Shown piece by piece: positions 46,403 through 56,442 of a stretch of DNA of 64,000 bases. The DNA is from a virus: IMG/VR virus record IMGVR_UViG_3300043446_004967, positions 46,898 through 110,897 of that record, one strand, 5' to 3'. The translations under genes were made by a program, and so were the position numbers. Within the stretch, counting starts at the first letter, position 1. Each line of letters opens with the position of its first letter. The notes below the pieces were generated by a model. It searched no databases, was not told the DNA's origin, and was given only the letters and a program-made list of their open reading frames with translations.

Positions 46403-46478
46403 TGGTTCTCCGGACAGGATTTGAACCTATGACCCGGGCGTTATGAGCGCCTTGCTCTAACCTCTGAGCTACCGGAGA
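46403..46478 (-). tRNA. tRNA with CAU anticodon (probably Ile2, possibly elongator Met)
   Basis: 76-nt cloverleaf TCTCCGG...CTCATAA...GGTTCAAATCC...CCGGAGA-A-CCA; C4-G69/C5-G68 favour Ile2. Confidence 0.92.
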
Positions 46479-46558
46479 GTATAAAGGCGGGGCCGCCGCT
46501 AATCACACTGTTGGCCCCGACTCTTGCCCTCGTCGTCAGACCTCGGGCATCCCCGACT

Positions 46559-48577
46559 TTAGCGGGTTTTGTCGCCCGCGTCAACCGGCGCGGGCTTCGG
46601 CGTTTCAGTTTTGCCTAGCCCTGCGGCGATGCGCTCCATCTCTAAAAAAGCATGGTAGGCGACGTTATCGCTAAACGGGGCGGTCAGCTCATCAAGCTCG
46701 GCGCTAAGCCTCGCTTTTTCCTCCTCCGAGGCGTCTTTTCCTTGTTTTAGAATCTCATAATATTGTTGGGCCGCTTCCTTCATCGCTTGGCGGCGTTTGC
46801 TCATTTGCGGCAGTCCCACACCCATCACGTCTTCGAGGATGTCTTCGATGGGTTTATCCCAGTATTCGCCTCCTGTAGGGTACGGGTAGGCGCAGCCTGT
46901 CTCGATGTGGCGCCCCTCGCAGGTACGATTGTCCTCATGATTGACCTCCTCGTCCCACTTTCTTTTAGCAAGGTCCGACTGCCCGCGCAGTTCATGGGCC
47001 GCATAGACGGCAGCTTGATGGCTAAGCTGGAGCGCGCGCGCCTCCAGCTCCGTGCGCATCTGATGTCGTTCGGCCTCCGACGCAAATCCTCCGTGGTCTA
47101 AGCGGCGGTAGTATTCCTCCGAAACGTCGGCTAGTTTTTGCCGAAGCGCGCTTACTTTCGGCGTCGGTACACCCATAACTTCTTCCGCGATAGCCTCGAT
47201 AGACTCGTCGGCATACACACCGCCGGAAGGTTGAGGGTAGGCAATGCCTTTTCTACAGGAGTAAGGCACGTCCGGATCGTCGTCCTCGTGCTCCCGCTCC
47301 TCAAAATTTTCCTCGGAAGTGGGTTGCGGTTCTTCTTCTCTCGCGTCAGGAATCCCCGCAGCGTATCTTTTCATTTTGAGGAAGGCTATCTCTCCCGGGT
47401 AATCTTTGAACGAGGCGCACAGCCTATCCAGCTCCGCTCCGACGGCCATTTTTTCCTCCTCCGAGAGGGGTTTAACCTTTTCCGCAAGTGTTAGGTACTG
47501 AAGCGCGGTTGCCCTTAGCTTCACTTGCCGCGCGCTTACTTGCGGCAGCCCTATCCCCATGAAGTCTTCGACGATATCCTCTATGGAATACGCGGAAGGG
47601 TCTTCTTCGCGTCTTTCCAGTCGCGTCACGTCGATTGCTTGGCCCGCCGTAAGGGATTGCAGGATAAACGGCGAGTGCCCCGTCGCAATAAATTGAACAG
47701 CGGGGAAAGCTTCTTGCAGCGCGCTCACAATGGTGCGCTGCTCTAAAGGGTGCAGCGAGGTCTCTAGGTCTTCGATCAGAACTACGCCCGGCGTAATCTC
47801 TACAGCTCGTGCGCCCGCGTGGGGGTTTAACCACGCCGCGCGACAAGCTAGGTCTAGCGCTATGGTTAAAACGCTCCTTAACCCTCCCCCTAGCCTGCTA
47901 AGAGGGAACCAGCCCGACGCTTTAAGCTTTACGATAATTTCGGGCGTACCCTCTCGGATCTCCATCACGCGAAGGTCTTCGCACTCCGGCACGCATTGCC
48001 TGACTGCCGTTAATGCGGCGCCCCATGCCGCCGCTATGTCCGGGTAGGCGGAGCTAGGCATTCCCTGTAGGAGGGAGAGTAAAAGGGCCACGGTGGTCTT
48101 CTTTTTATGGAACGGTAAACAGCCGTCGTATGCCTTAGTATAGGGAGGTACCCCCGGCCTTCCCAGTTTTTTTCGCTTGGGCAAAGTGAACGTACCCGGA
48201 GCCGTCCGATAGGTTCCGTACCATGCAATAACAGGCCGGGTTTCCCGCCTGTCGTCCGTCGGCGCGGCTGCGACTAGCGCAGAGGACGGCGCCAAGGATA
48301 AATCCCAACGAAGACGTTGTCCCTTTACGTAGACGCGCGCCTTCATAGCCGTGTGGGGGTCCGTCGGCACGGTATAGCGGGTCTCCCCCGCGCATCCGCA
48401 CAGGTCGGCAAGCAAATAGGATACGGCGTCGAGGACGGAGGTCTTCCCCGCGCCGTTACCCCCGATCAAGTAGTTAAACTGCGGGTGAAATACGATATCC
48501 GCTAAGGCTAATTGCCTAAACGAACGTAGCGATAACCGCTCTATTCTGAACTGATTTTTTGCGTCAGCCGTGCTCAT
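46559..48577 (-). CDS. PtuA/AriA-like ABC ATPase with triplicated C-terminal domain
   Basis: GGNGAGKTSVLDA, LGGG, LIEDLETSLHP, ATGHSP; three (S/P)IE.I.E..MG...P..S units. Confidence 0.85.
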   Translation of the reverse strand: MSTADAKNQFRIERLSLRSFRQLALADIVFHPQFNYLIGGNGAGKTSVLDAVSYLLADLCGCAGETRYTVPTDPHTAMKARVYVKGQRLRWDLSLAPSSALVAAAPTDDRRETRPVIAWYGTYRTAPGTFTLPKRKKLGRPGVPPYTKAYDGCLPFHKKKTTVALLLSLLQGMPSSAYPDIAAAWGAALTAVRQCVPECEDLRVMEIREGTPEIIVKLKASGWFPLSRLGGGLRSVLTIALDLACRAAWLNPHAGARAVEITPGVVLIEDLETSLHPLEQRTIVSALQEAFPAVQFIATGHSPFILQSLTAGQAIDVTRLERREEDPSAYSIEDIVEDFMGIGLPQVSARQVKLRATALQYLTLAEKVKPLSEEEKMAVGAELDRLCASFKDYPGEIAFLKMKRYAAGIPDAREEEPQPTSEENFEEREHEDDDPDVPYSCRKGIAYPQPSGGVYADESIEAIAEEVMGVPTPKVSALRQKLADVSEEYYRRLDHGGFASEAERHQMRTELEARALQLSHQAAVYAAHELRGQSDLAKRKWDEEVNHEDNRTCEGRHIETGCAYPYPTGGEYWDKPIEDILEDVMGVGLPQMSKRRQAMKEAAQQYYEILKQGKDASEEEKARLSAELDELTAPFSDNVAYHAFLEMERIAAGLGKTETPKPAPVDAGDKTR

Positions 48578-48617
48578 ACACAGTATTCCTTATTCTGAAA
48601 AGGAGTTTTCTTATAGA

Positions 48618-48645
48618 AAAAGGCCGCTTTAGGGGCGGCCTTTTC
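48618..48645. terminator. bidirectional intrinsic terminator
   Basis: AAAAGGCCGC-tttaggg-GCGGCCTTTT. Confidence 0.75.
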
Positions 48646-48672
48646 GTTAGTATGTCAGGAAAGACGGGCGGG

Positions 48673-49119
48673 CTAATACCCCGTTTCCGCGTCGATGACA
48701 AGTTGGGTTACACCGTACTCGTCTACGAGACGGTCTAGTACGGTGTAGCCTTTTTCCTGTGCGCCCCGTATCGCGGCTTGCACCGTGTACTCCTGCATCA
48801 AGGGGTCCAACGGAGCCAAGCCTTTTGGGGTGCCTAGCGCCTTCTGGATAATACCGTCCCACGTATCTATGACGGGTACGTAGTAATCCAGCCCGTTTTC
48901 GTCCGTTTCCTTGTCCAGTGCAATGTTATATTTGCACCCCTCGATGTCAATTACATAGGGGCATTGCCTAGACTGACTCGCGTAGTAGGCACGATAAGTG
49001 CCGTTTTCCGTCAACGAGAGGGGGGCAGCCCCTTGGCGTTGGCTCAGCTGGGCAAGCGCTGACCGGAGGTCATTAATGTCAGTAATCTTGACACCGGTTA
49101 CTTTCACGTCGTGGCTCAT
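48673..49119 (-). CDS. DUF1257-like protein
   Basis: MSH...VKITD...L..AL, Y...D.W, L.QEY...A....A...GY. Confidence 0.78.
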   Translation of the reverse strand: MSHDVKVTGVKITDINDLRSALAQLSQRQGAAPLSLTENGTYRAYYASQSRQCPYVIDIEGCKYNIALDKETDENGLDYYVPVIDTWDGIIQKALGTPKGLAPLDPLMQEYTVQAAIRGAQEKGYTVLDRLVDEYGVTQLVIDAETGY

Positions 49120-49164
49120 GTCCGTTCTCGTTCTGTTAGTTTTTCTATAGGTTTGACTGTTTAT

Positions 49165-49842
49165 TTAAAGACGACGGCGCGGCGTAGTGTAGGTGACGGT
49201 TGCCGCGCCCGGGCGTCGCGCTCGCAGTATGCCTTGGGTCGTCGCTTTCCGCAAGGACTTCTCTACGTCGACCACAGTGAACATGCGGTCCCCGAGGAGG
49301 CAAGCCTCGGGGACTAGATCAGGCATGAGCCTGCGGCTGTCCCGCGACAGGGGGAATTGGTCGGCGAATAGCCCGAAGCAGTCCCGCTCTCGGGCAATCT
49401 CCGCTTCGCTTAATAAGGAAAATTTACCCTCAAAGTGGATCGAGTTTCGTGCCGCTTTAGCGTGCCCTGTCGTGCCGCAAACAATACGGCGTAGAGGTGC
49501 GGTTTCCGAAGGCCGCATGACCAGTAGTTTTCTTACGACCTTCGCCTCTTCGCCGAAGTTATTCGCTGCGCCACGGCGGAGTGAAATCACTAATAACGCG
49601 GTGCTCGGGAGATCCAGAGCGATGTGCGCCCAGCTGCCGTGGTGAGCGTTGTACTCGCAGGCCAACGTGTGCAGGCATTTTACCACGGGGAAATGCAGAC
49701 AGTCCTTCTCCACGGATCGGCCCGTTCCTAAGAACGCCCACCTTTTTTTATCCGTATTGTACAGATAGCACAAGATTTCCGCGCGAAAAAACAGGGTAGG
49801 GTCCGTGAAAGACTCTGACCCCTGCATGAACTCAATTAACAT
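49165..49842 (-). CDS. hypothetical protein
   Basis: 225 aa, start overlaps the AAA gene end. Confidence 0.6.
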   Translation of the reverse strand: MLIEFMQGSESFTDPTLFFRAEILCYLYNTDKKRWAFLGTGRSVEKDCLHFPVVKCLHTLACEYNAHHGSWAHIALDLPSTALLVISLRRGAANNFGEEAKVVRKLLVMRPSETAPLRRIVCGTTGHAKAARNSIHFEGKFSLLSEAEIARERDCFGLFADQFPLSRDSRRLMPDLVPEACLLGDRMFTVVDVEKSLRKATTQGILRARRPGAATVTYTTPRRRL

Positions 49843-51757
49843 GTCGTCTTACCTTTGTCGAGAGGGTTCGGGGAGACAGAAGGCGTTTACTCTGCGCGAC
49901 AGGGGCAGGGGATGGCGCGGCTTCTTCAGGCTCCGAGGCGCGCCGCGCGTGCCGGGAGGCCCAGTTCCGCATCTCGGCAATCCGCTCGGGGAAAGCTTGT
50001 GATTGAGGCGTCATCTGCGCCGCTTGGCGCAAAACGTGTTCCTTCGTCACGGAGGGGCTTTTTGCGTAGAAGGCTTCCTTTATCGCTTCCTTTAGCACGC
50101 CTTCGAGTTCCGCGCCGGAGAAACCCTCGGTCGCCGCCGCAATTTCCTCGTAGTCTTTGTCAGATAACCTGTGCTCCCCTTCGGTTTTCTCTAGGTGGAC
50201 CCGCAAAATACTGCGGCGTTCCGCCGAGGTGGGATAGTCCACCGACCAGCACCCGTCCAGCCGTCCGGGCCTAAGCAGTTCCGGCGGCAGCCCGTCCACG
50301 CGGTTGGCGGACATGACGACGAAGACGGGCGACCTTTCTACATCCCGCTCTTGCAGCCAGGTGAGCAAGGTGCCGAAGACGCGAGAGGAGGTTCCGCCGT
50401 CGCGTTCCCCGCCCTGTTGTCCGAAGCCCTTGTCCACTTCGTCTAAGAGCAGCACGCAGGGGGCCATAGCCTCCACGGTTTTAAGCGCGGCTCTGATGTT
50501 TTGTTCGGATTGCCCGACCAAAGAACCATAGGTTTTCCCTATGTCTAGTTTTACGCAAGTAAAACCCAGTTCTCCCGCCGTCGCTTTGGCGATTAAGCTC
50601 TTTCCCGTCCCCGGAGGGCCGCAGACGAGAATCCCCCTAGGTCGAGCAATGCCGTAGGCTTTCGCGGCTTCCGTATACGCCTCTTTCTGTTGCCGCAGCC
50701 ACAGTTTTAGGCGTTCTAGCCCTCCCACAGCCTCAATGGCGACAGGCGGCATGAGTTCCAGCAGCCCGCTTTTTTTTAAGACCTGCGTCTTGTAGCTGAC
50801 GACGTCTTGCGCCAGTTTCTCCGCACTAAAGGACGCCCCTTCGCAGAGGTTGTCGAGTGTGAGTCTTAACGCCCACGCGAAAGCGGTCTCCGCCTCGGTA
50901 AAGGTCAACCCGAGGGCGCTACCTATTAGCCGCTCTAGCGGCAGTCCCGTCAGCCCTGCCGCCGGGTTCTCGGTCGTACCGGAAGCGTCGGTTACTTCCG
51001 CCTGTTCTGCCAGCGGCAACCAGCTATGTAGGTATAGCTCTTTCCCGCACGGGAGCGGGGCATCTAAGATATATACGTTCTCGGACAACCCTTCTGGGAT
51101 GACGTATTCCCTAGGCAGCAGAAGGACCATAGTTTTGCCCTTCCCGGGGTCGTATTCCATGAAGTTAATGCTACAGTTTTTAATGAACTGTCGGATGACC
51201 GGCTGGTCTAGGAAGGGGTACATCCCCTCCAAGATGTACAGGAACCCTGCGGGAACATGCGGGGATGCCCCTACCCCCGGGGCCGTCGTCGGCGCCCCGA
51301 GTTCGATAACCCTTCCTTGCCCGTTCTCACTGCGTTGGGGCTGTGCAGGCGACGCCGCAGACACAGGCCTTGAGAGGTCATAAGGAGGCGTATTGCCCTC
51401 CGCCGCCAGCGCGGCCAAAATAGCTTCCGGGCCTTTTTTTGTGCCGTCGTAGGGGCCGACTCCTTGTATAATTTTTTCCGTCTTGTCTGCGCCGCAAATG
51501 TAGTTAACTCTCGCACAGCCTCGCGCAATGTCCCAGACGCAGGTGCAGAGGTCGCTTTGCACGCCCGCCAGCGAGACTTGGTGGCGTAGCCTCCCCGGTT
51601 CCGCCGTTCGCACACCGATAACGGGAATGTTGGCCCGCATCGCTCGGCCTAAAGCGTCTAAGAACTCCTCCGTCGCCGTAGCACCGTCTAAAAATGGGTT
51701 CACCCATTCAGGTTCCCTTGGGCGCCGTCCTCCGGCCCCCCGATTCGTGCTGCTCAT
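49832..51757 (-). CDS. Ycf46-like AAA+ ATPase
   Basis: VGGLERLK.WL, GPPGTGKSLIAKA, LLDEVDKG, LPPELLRPGRLD, MRNWA..AR.AS. Confidence 0.92.
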   Translation of the reverse strand: MSSTNRGAGGRRPREPEWVNPFLDGATATEEFLDALGRAMRANIPVIGVRTAEPGRLRHQVSLAGVQSDLCTCVWDIARGCARVNYICGADKTEKIIQGVGPYDGTKKGPEAILAALAAEGNTPPYDLSRPVSAASPAQPQRSENGQGRVIELGAPTTAPGVGASPHVPAGFLYILEGMYPFLDQPVIRQFIKNCSINFMEYDPGKGKTMVLLLPREYVIPEGLSENVYILDAPLPCGKELYLHSWLPLAEQAEVTDASGTTENPAAGLTGLPLERLIGSALGLTFTEAETAFAWALRLTLDNLCEGASFSAEKLAQDVVSYKTQVLKKSGLLELMPPVAIEAVGGLERLKLWLRQQKEAYTEAAKAYGIARPRGILVCGPPGTGKSLIAKATAGELGFTCVKLDIGKTYGSLVGQSEQNIRAALKTVEAMAPCVLLLDEVDKGFGQQGGERDGGTSSRVFGTLLTWLQERDVERSPVFVVMSANRVDGLPPELLRPGRLDGCWSVDYPTSAERRSILRVHLEKTEGEHRLSDKDYEEIAAATEGFSGAELEGVLKEAIKEAFYAKSPSVTKEHVLRQAAQMTPQSQAFPERIAEMRNWASRHARRASEPEEAAPSPAPVAQSKRLLSPRTLSTKVRRHVN

Positions 51758-51803
51758 TTGTTTCTCTTTTTTTTATCTATTTTTTCTTAAAGTGTAGGAG
51801 CCA

Positions 51804-51835
51804 AAAAGAAAGCGCACCCGTTGTCGGGTGCGCCC
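51804..51835 (-). terminator. intrinsic terminator ending the late operon
   Basis: GCGCACCCG-ttgt-CGGGTGCGC with U-run on the minus strand. Confidence 0.7.
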
Positions 51836-51914
51836 CCTGTGCTATAGTCTTGTGGCCCCAGTATACCCTAGCGAATAGCGGGGAACTTGTCAACGGCAAA
51901 ACCGGTGCAGATTT

Positions 51915-53282
51915 TTACAGCCCTGCGACCACCGTCAACGGACGGGTATTGTTGAAGTCGTCTAGCGCACTGACCCTTGCAGCAATTGTAGCCATATTAT
52001 CCTTCACGACGGCTAAGGCTACGTTAAGGACGGTGTTTTGCACGCCGGTCGCGGCGGACGTGTTGTCCACGCCTGCCCCGGAAACGCCGACGGCAGCAAG
52101 AGTGCCTGTCGCTGAGGCGGTCCCTGTCGTGTTGTCTACCAAGGCGGGTAGACCGTACACGGCAGAGAGTAGGTTCACCTTTGCAGCGAGGGTGGCAAAA
52201 GTGTTGGCGAAGATAGTAAATATTGCGTCGGCGGAAGTTTTACTCAGCGCGGTGGAGCCTGCCCCCGAAACCGCCGTCAAGGTAGACGATATGACCTGAA
52301 GGGTCAAATCCCCCGTGCCTCCGGAGTTATCGGTTAACAGCCCTAGGGTTATGTCCTGATAGCGCACAAGGTCGTTTATCTTACCCGCCAAGTCCGCGAA
52401 GTTGTTGGCAATCTTCGGGCATTCGGTGTCAAACGCGGCTTTAGGCGCCGAAGATGTGGTGACATCCGTGTAGCCCGTGAAGACCTTAGTGACGGCGGTC
52501 AGGGTAGGGGGCAACGTAGCGGAGGCCGTACCGCCCGAGTTGTCCGTAAGGTTAGTTGCAGGCAACGGATCAAGGTAGAAATTCAGCCAGTATAGGAGCG
52601 TAGCGTACCCGTCGGCTAAGGCGGTTAGCGTCGTCCCCGTAGCGGTGTTAGCCAACGATTTTGCGGTCCCAGTGCCTGTCACACCCGCAGCGGTCGCTGC
52701 GGAGTTCGCCAAGGTTAACGTAGAGGTGTAGGCCGTGCCGCCCGAGTTGTCCGTTAGTCGTGCGTTGCCTAGGGCCGCCAGTACTTGGTTCGCCGCGTGA
52801 ATCAAAGTGGAAAGGTTATTTTCCGCAATAACAATCTGCTGGGCGCCCGTCACGGCGTCCACCGCGTTAGAGGAGGTGCCATCCACGCCCGTCAGGGTTT
52901 TATCTAGCGCGGGGGCGGCGGCAGTGACCGTACCGGTGTTCCGCCCGACTAAAGGCAACCCGAACGCGCTACGGTAACGGTTTAGGTAGACGGCGACGCT
53001 CGCCGCTACGTTGCTCAGCTTACCTATCGCCGTGTCGAAACCTGCCTTCGGAGCAAGGTCGTTACCCGATACGCGCAAGTAGGGTGCCGGAGTGGGGGTA
53101 GCGGGCAGGGTCAACGTGCTTTTCAACGCCGTACCGGTGGTACTGTCCGTCATTTTTGTAGCGGTTCCCGGAGGAAACTTAGCCCTAGCATTATCACGCG
53201 CGAGGGCTACCAGCACCGTGAACAGGTCCGCCTGTGCTATTGCGTGGCGGTCTTGTCCATTGATTACATAGGCGGGGGGCAT
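51915..53282 (-). CDS. T/A-rich repetitive virion protein (fibre or decoration)
   Basis: repeated LTDNSGGT and VSGAG units, late region. Confidence 0.65.
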   Translation of the reverse strand: MPPAYVINGQDRHAIAQADLFTVLVALARDNARAKFPPGTATKMTDSTTGTALKSTLTLPATPTPAPYLRVSGNDLAPKAGFDTAIGKLSNVAASVAVYLNRYRSAFGLPLVGRNTGTVTAAAPALDKTLTGVDGTSSNAVDAVTGAQQIVIAENNLSTLIHAANQVLAALGNARLTDNSGGTAYTSTLTLANSAATAAGVTGTGTAKSLANTATGTTLTALADGYATLLYWLNFYLDPLPATNLTDNSGGTASATLPPTLTAVTKVFTGYTDVTTSSAPKAAFDTECPKIANNFADLAGKINDLVRYQDITLGLLTDNSGGTGDLTLQVISSTLTAVSGAGSTALSKTSADAIFTIFANTFATLAAKVNLLSAVYGLPALVDNTTGTASATGTLAAVGVSGAGVDNTSAATGVQNTVLNVALAVVKDNMATIAARVSALDDFNNTRPLTVVAGL

Positions 53283-53306
53283 ACAGATTTCTCCGAAAGG
53301 AAGGGG

Positions 53307-53924
53307 TTATACAAAATAGTAATCGGCGGCGTCCGTGCCGGAGAAGCCGCGAATCGTGATCGCTTCGGGGGCGGGGCAGGTCCAAGAGCTTCCCGCTCCC
53401 GACAAAGCCCAACTGCCGTCACCGGAAGTAACGCTTACGGAAGGAACGGCTACGAGGGAGTCCATCCCGTCAATGGTGTGCGTGCCCGTGCCGGCGTCGC
53501 TTAACGTAACGTTAACCCCGGCGATTGCGTTTGCTTTGCTGGACGCAAGTTTAAACGTTCCCGTAGTTGTGTTAGCCGCCGTGATCCAATAGTCCGTACC
53601 GGCGGACAATCCCGAAGGTAGCGTCGTGCTTGAGCCGACTCTGTACGGCCCGTCTCCCGTCTGAAACTGATGCCCCACACCAGTGCTGAGCGTTCCCGTG
53701 GCAAACGCGGCAGCGGTAAATGTTCTGGCAGAGAAGTCGCCTAGTTTGACCCGGAACGATCCTTGTAGGACTTGTATGCGTAGAAAGCGCGCGGGGCCGT
53801 AGGCTAGCGTCGGGCGTGTTAAAAGGGTGGAGGTGGCGCCCACATAATGATTAAGGGCCTTCCCTAGAGGAATTACCCCGGCGTCTTCCACACTTATCCG
53901 CGATTGTCCTTCCACGCCTGCCAT
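53307..53924 (-). CDS. putative virion protein
   Basis: GHQFQTGD...LPSGL.AGTDYW...FKLA.S..NA..G repeat seen in phage tail proteins. Confidence 0.65.
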   Translation of the reverse strand: MAGVEGQSRISVEDAGVIPLGKALNHYVGATSTLLTRPTLAYGPARFLRIQVLQGSFRVKLGDFSARTFTAAAFATGTLSTGVGHQFQTGDGPYRVGSSTTLPSGLSAGTDYWITAANTTTGTFKLASSKANAIAGVNVTLSDAGTGTHTIDGMDSLVAVPSVSVTSGDGSWALSGAGSSWTCPAPEAITIRGFSGTDAADYYFV

Positions 53925-53978
53925 TACACGTCTCCCTTAACTGACATAACTTATACACAAGTTCTTACGGTTTTACAA

Positions 53979-54485
53979 TTAAATATCCTTGACAAACGCC
54001 GATCCACGGTTAACCCACCCCGGAAGGTCGTCCCCGTATTTTTGCGGATTGGCTCGGGCAAGACTTGCCCAGAAACGGAAACGGCGTTGCAATAAAGCGT
54101 AGTACACTGTCCGTTCCCCCTTAGCCTTAACCGCAGCAAGCGTGGCGGGACCAAGTTTGCCGTCACCTACGGCCCCCACAATGCTTTGCAGCTCTTTGAC
54201 GGCCCGGGATTCCCCTGCGTTAACGCAGAAGTCAAACAGCAGGTCGGCAAGGTCGGCGTTGTCTATTCCCGATAATCCAACGCGGTCAAAATACAGCGCG
54301 TATACTTGCACTGCCTCCTGCGCCGGTAACACCCTTAGCTGCGCCGCCGTCAGGCTTTTTCCGGTCAAGTCCTTGTAAAACGGCAGCGTTATGCCCCAAT
54401 TCGTCGGGCCGCCCTGATCTACGGTATACCCGCCTTCTCTCTCCAGCACTTTGGCTATGGCGGCGTCTCGCGAGGCATTGCTCAT
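53979..54485 (-). CDS. endolysin, glycoside hydrolase family 108 + PG-binding domain
   Basis: EGGY..D.GG.TNWGIT, FD..VNAG, DG.LGP.TL, GWVNR. Confidence 0.92.
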   Translation of the reverse strand: MSNASRDAAIAKVLEREGGYTVDQGGPTNWGITLPFYKDLTGKSLTAAQLRVLPAQEAVQVYALYFDRVGLSGIDNADLADLLFDFCVNAGESRAVKELQSIVGAVGDGKLGPATLAAVKAKGERTVYYALLQRRFRFWASLARANPQKYGDDLPGWVNRGSAFVKDI

Positions 54486-54509
54486 ACGGAGGATTCCTTC
54501 TTTAACGGA

Positions 54510-54779
54510 TTAAGCCGGGTCTGCCGGCCAGAGTACGGTGATAAGCGCCGAGGCCGTGGCCTCGCCGAACAACTCTGCCATTATTGCGTCTCGGTTTGCG
54601 GAGTTACGGTCCAAAGAAACGCGCCAAAGTTCTTTGGTGTCCGTGGTGTCCCCGTCATCGTCCGTCACACGGATAATGCGCTGCCGCGCGACACTGATGG
54701 TGCGTGTGGCCCAGTTTACGGTAAATTCTTCCACGGGTTTCCATTTTATAATGGTAAATTCGCCTGCGTCCGTTGGCAT
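54510..54779 (-). CDS. hypothetical protein (possible fibre chaperone)
   Basis: follows the tail fibre gene. Confidence 0.55.
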   Translation of the reverse strand: MPTDAGEFTIIKWKPVEEFTVNWATRTISVARQRIIRVTDDDGDTTDTKELWRVSLDRNSANRDAIMAELFGEATASALITVLWPADPA

Positions 54780-54799
54780 ATTTTCCTGTTAATAGAAGG

Positions 54800-56017
54800 T
54801 TAGGTACGATAGATTAGGAACCCACGAAAATGGAAACTATCCGTTATGCTGGTTTCCGTGAGTGAAGCGGTCCCCGTAGTGTTCCCTGATCCATAGAGTT
54901 CCATTGTTGACGTGCCGATCACGGATCTCCATGACGGCGCGACTCCTGCGGTCACTGACACGCCAGTAATGAGACCTAGGATAGCCCCCCCTACATGGTT
55001 TGTCGCAGAGGATGAGGCGAAAGGCAGCCCTGCCAGTTGAACCGTCCCGGTTAACCCGCCGCGTGCGCTAATGTTCATCCGCAGAAAGCATGTGACGTGG
55101 CTGCCGACCTTTCTATAAGTTCCCGCGTTGTAGGTATATGTAGGGGTTCCGGGGGTGGTAGCCCCCTGCAAAAGCGGGGTCCATGTACCTACCTCGACTT
55201 TCTCATACGTTGTCCCTCCGTCAAACGAAAGGCCGCCCGAGGCTATGCGGAAAACCTCGCTTCCTCCGACGCTGAAACCTAAAATATTCCCGGCCACTTG
55301 GTACATACCGGAATCGGTATCCCCGTTTGGGAAGATAGCGGGCGCGGACGCGGAGCCTTGAGGAATTTCAAACGGCTGCCCCGCTTTACAGGCCCCGGTA
55401 GCGCGCGCTACGGTCAGAGCGGTATTCCACGTAATGTCATCCGCGCTTACTCTTAGGGTAAAATCGTCGTTGCCGATCAGGCCCATTTGCGCGCGCCGGG
55501 AAAGCCCTACGCTGTACTGTGTTTGCGCGTTGTTCCCCGTCGCTGCCTTGTCAATAAGGTAGCCTGTCGATCCTCCTACGTTTGTTTGGACCGCCGAGGA
55601 GGTTGCAAGATAAAATTTGTCCGTGCTGTTTGCAGTAGCGTTAATCCCCACCATCGGGACGTTCTGCAACGACTGTCCCGAGGACAGCGTAACCCACGCT
55701 GTGCCGTTGTATACGTAGACGACGTCCTCGTCCATTACCCAGAAGCATACGCCTTCTTTTGGGGGAATGTAAACCCATACACCTCCCGTGTATACGGCTA
55801 ATTGCTTTGCCCGCCCTGCCCAAGCACCGGTAGGAGACGGGCCTATAATGTAAAGGTCGGACTCGACCGGACTCCCCGGAGGGGTGTTTAAGTCCTTGTC
55901 CTTGACCCCTATATTCGATACGGCGTCAAGGATACGCAACGCCGCGTTCACCGTGACTTCTTTTTGAGACTGCCCTAACGAGAGTAGAGTCATCCCAAGG
56001 TTAGCGGTGGAGGGCAT
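54800..56017 (-). CDS. DUF2793-containing tail fibre protein
   Basis: QSQKEVTVNAALRILD, PPGSP..D.YI..PTGAWAG, GTWTP C-terminal module. Confidence 0.88.
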   Translation of the reverse strand: MPSTANLGMTLLSLGQSQKEVTVNAALRILDAVSNIGVKDKDLNTPPGSPVESDLYIIGPSPTGAWAGRAKQLAVYTGGVWVYIPPKEGVCFWVMDEDVVYVYNGTAWVTLSSGQSLQNVPMVGINATANSTDKFYLATSSAVQTNVGGSTGYLIDKAATGNNAQTQYSVGLSRRAQMGLIGNDDFTLRVSADDITWNTALTVARATGACKAGQPFEIPQGSASAPAIFPNGDTDSGMYQVAGNILGFSVGGSEVFRIASGGLSFDGGTTYEKVEVGTWTPLLQGATTPGTPTYTYNAGTYRKVGSHVTCFLRMNISARGGLTGTVQLAGLPFASSSATNHVGGAILGLITGVSVTAGVAPSWRSVIGTSTMELYGSGNTTGTASLTETSITDSFHFRGFLIYRT

Positions 56018-56034
56018 AATGACGCGCTTGCTCC

Positions 56035-56415
56035 TTACTCGCGAACTAGCGGGTATGCGGGCTTCCGTGTGCTTACCGGGGGAAGGGCTTCCCCGGCTAA
56101 CGGCATCCCTTTTCTCGGTGAAAACGCGCAGTTTTGTGCGGCCTGTGTCAATAGACCCATCTGCGTCGCCAACGCGGCCAGTCGTTCTTCTACGCCGGCT
56201 AACTTAGCCGTCTGGTGACGTTCCTCAAGGAGCGTCTGGTCCCCTTTCTCAATCAGACGGTCTTCCCTCGAAAGTTGCTTCGTTGCAAAGTCTTGTAGAC
56301 CCCCTAGAAATTGCAAAAGAAAATAAATCACCAGAGCAAGCGCGGCGATGCCCGCAGTCTGCCCCGAAAAGGCTTGCGCTAGGGTGAGAGGCGACTTTGG
56401 TTTAGCGGGGGTCAT
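56035..56415 (-). CDS. membrane protein with coiled coil (holin/spanin-like)
   Basis: single TM helix followed by a coiled coil, near the lysis gene. Confidence 0.5.
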   Translation of the reverse strand: MTPAKPKSPLTLAQAFSGQTAGIAALALVIYFLLQFLGGLQDFATKQLSREDRLIEKGDQTLLEERHQTAKLAGVEERLAALATQMGLLTQAAQNCAFSPRKGMPLAGEALPPVSTRKPAYPLVRE

Positions 56416-56442
56416 CTTGGGTCTCCGTTTCTAGGGTTCGTG

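Noticed and set aside
46485-46558. Hammerhead ribozyme (CTGACGA on the minus strand)
   Set aside because: No matching GAAA core or stem arrangement found
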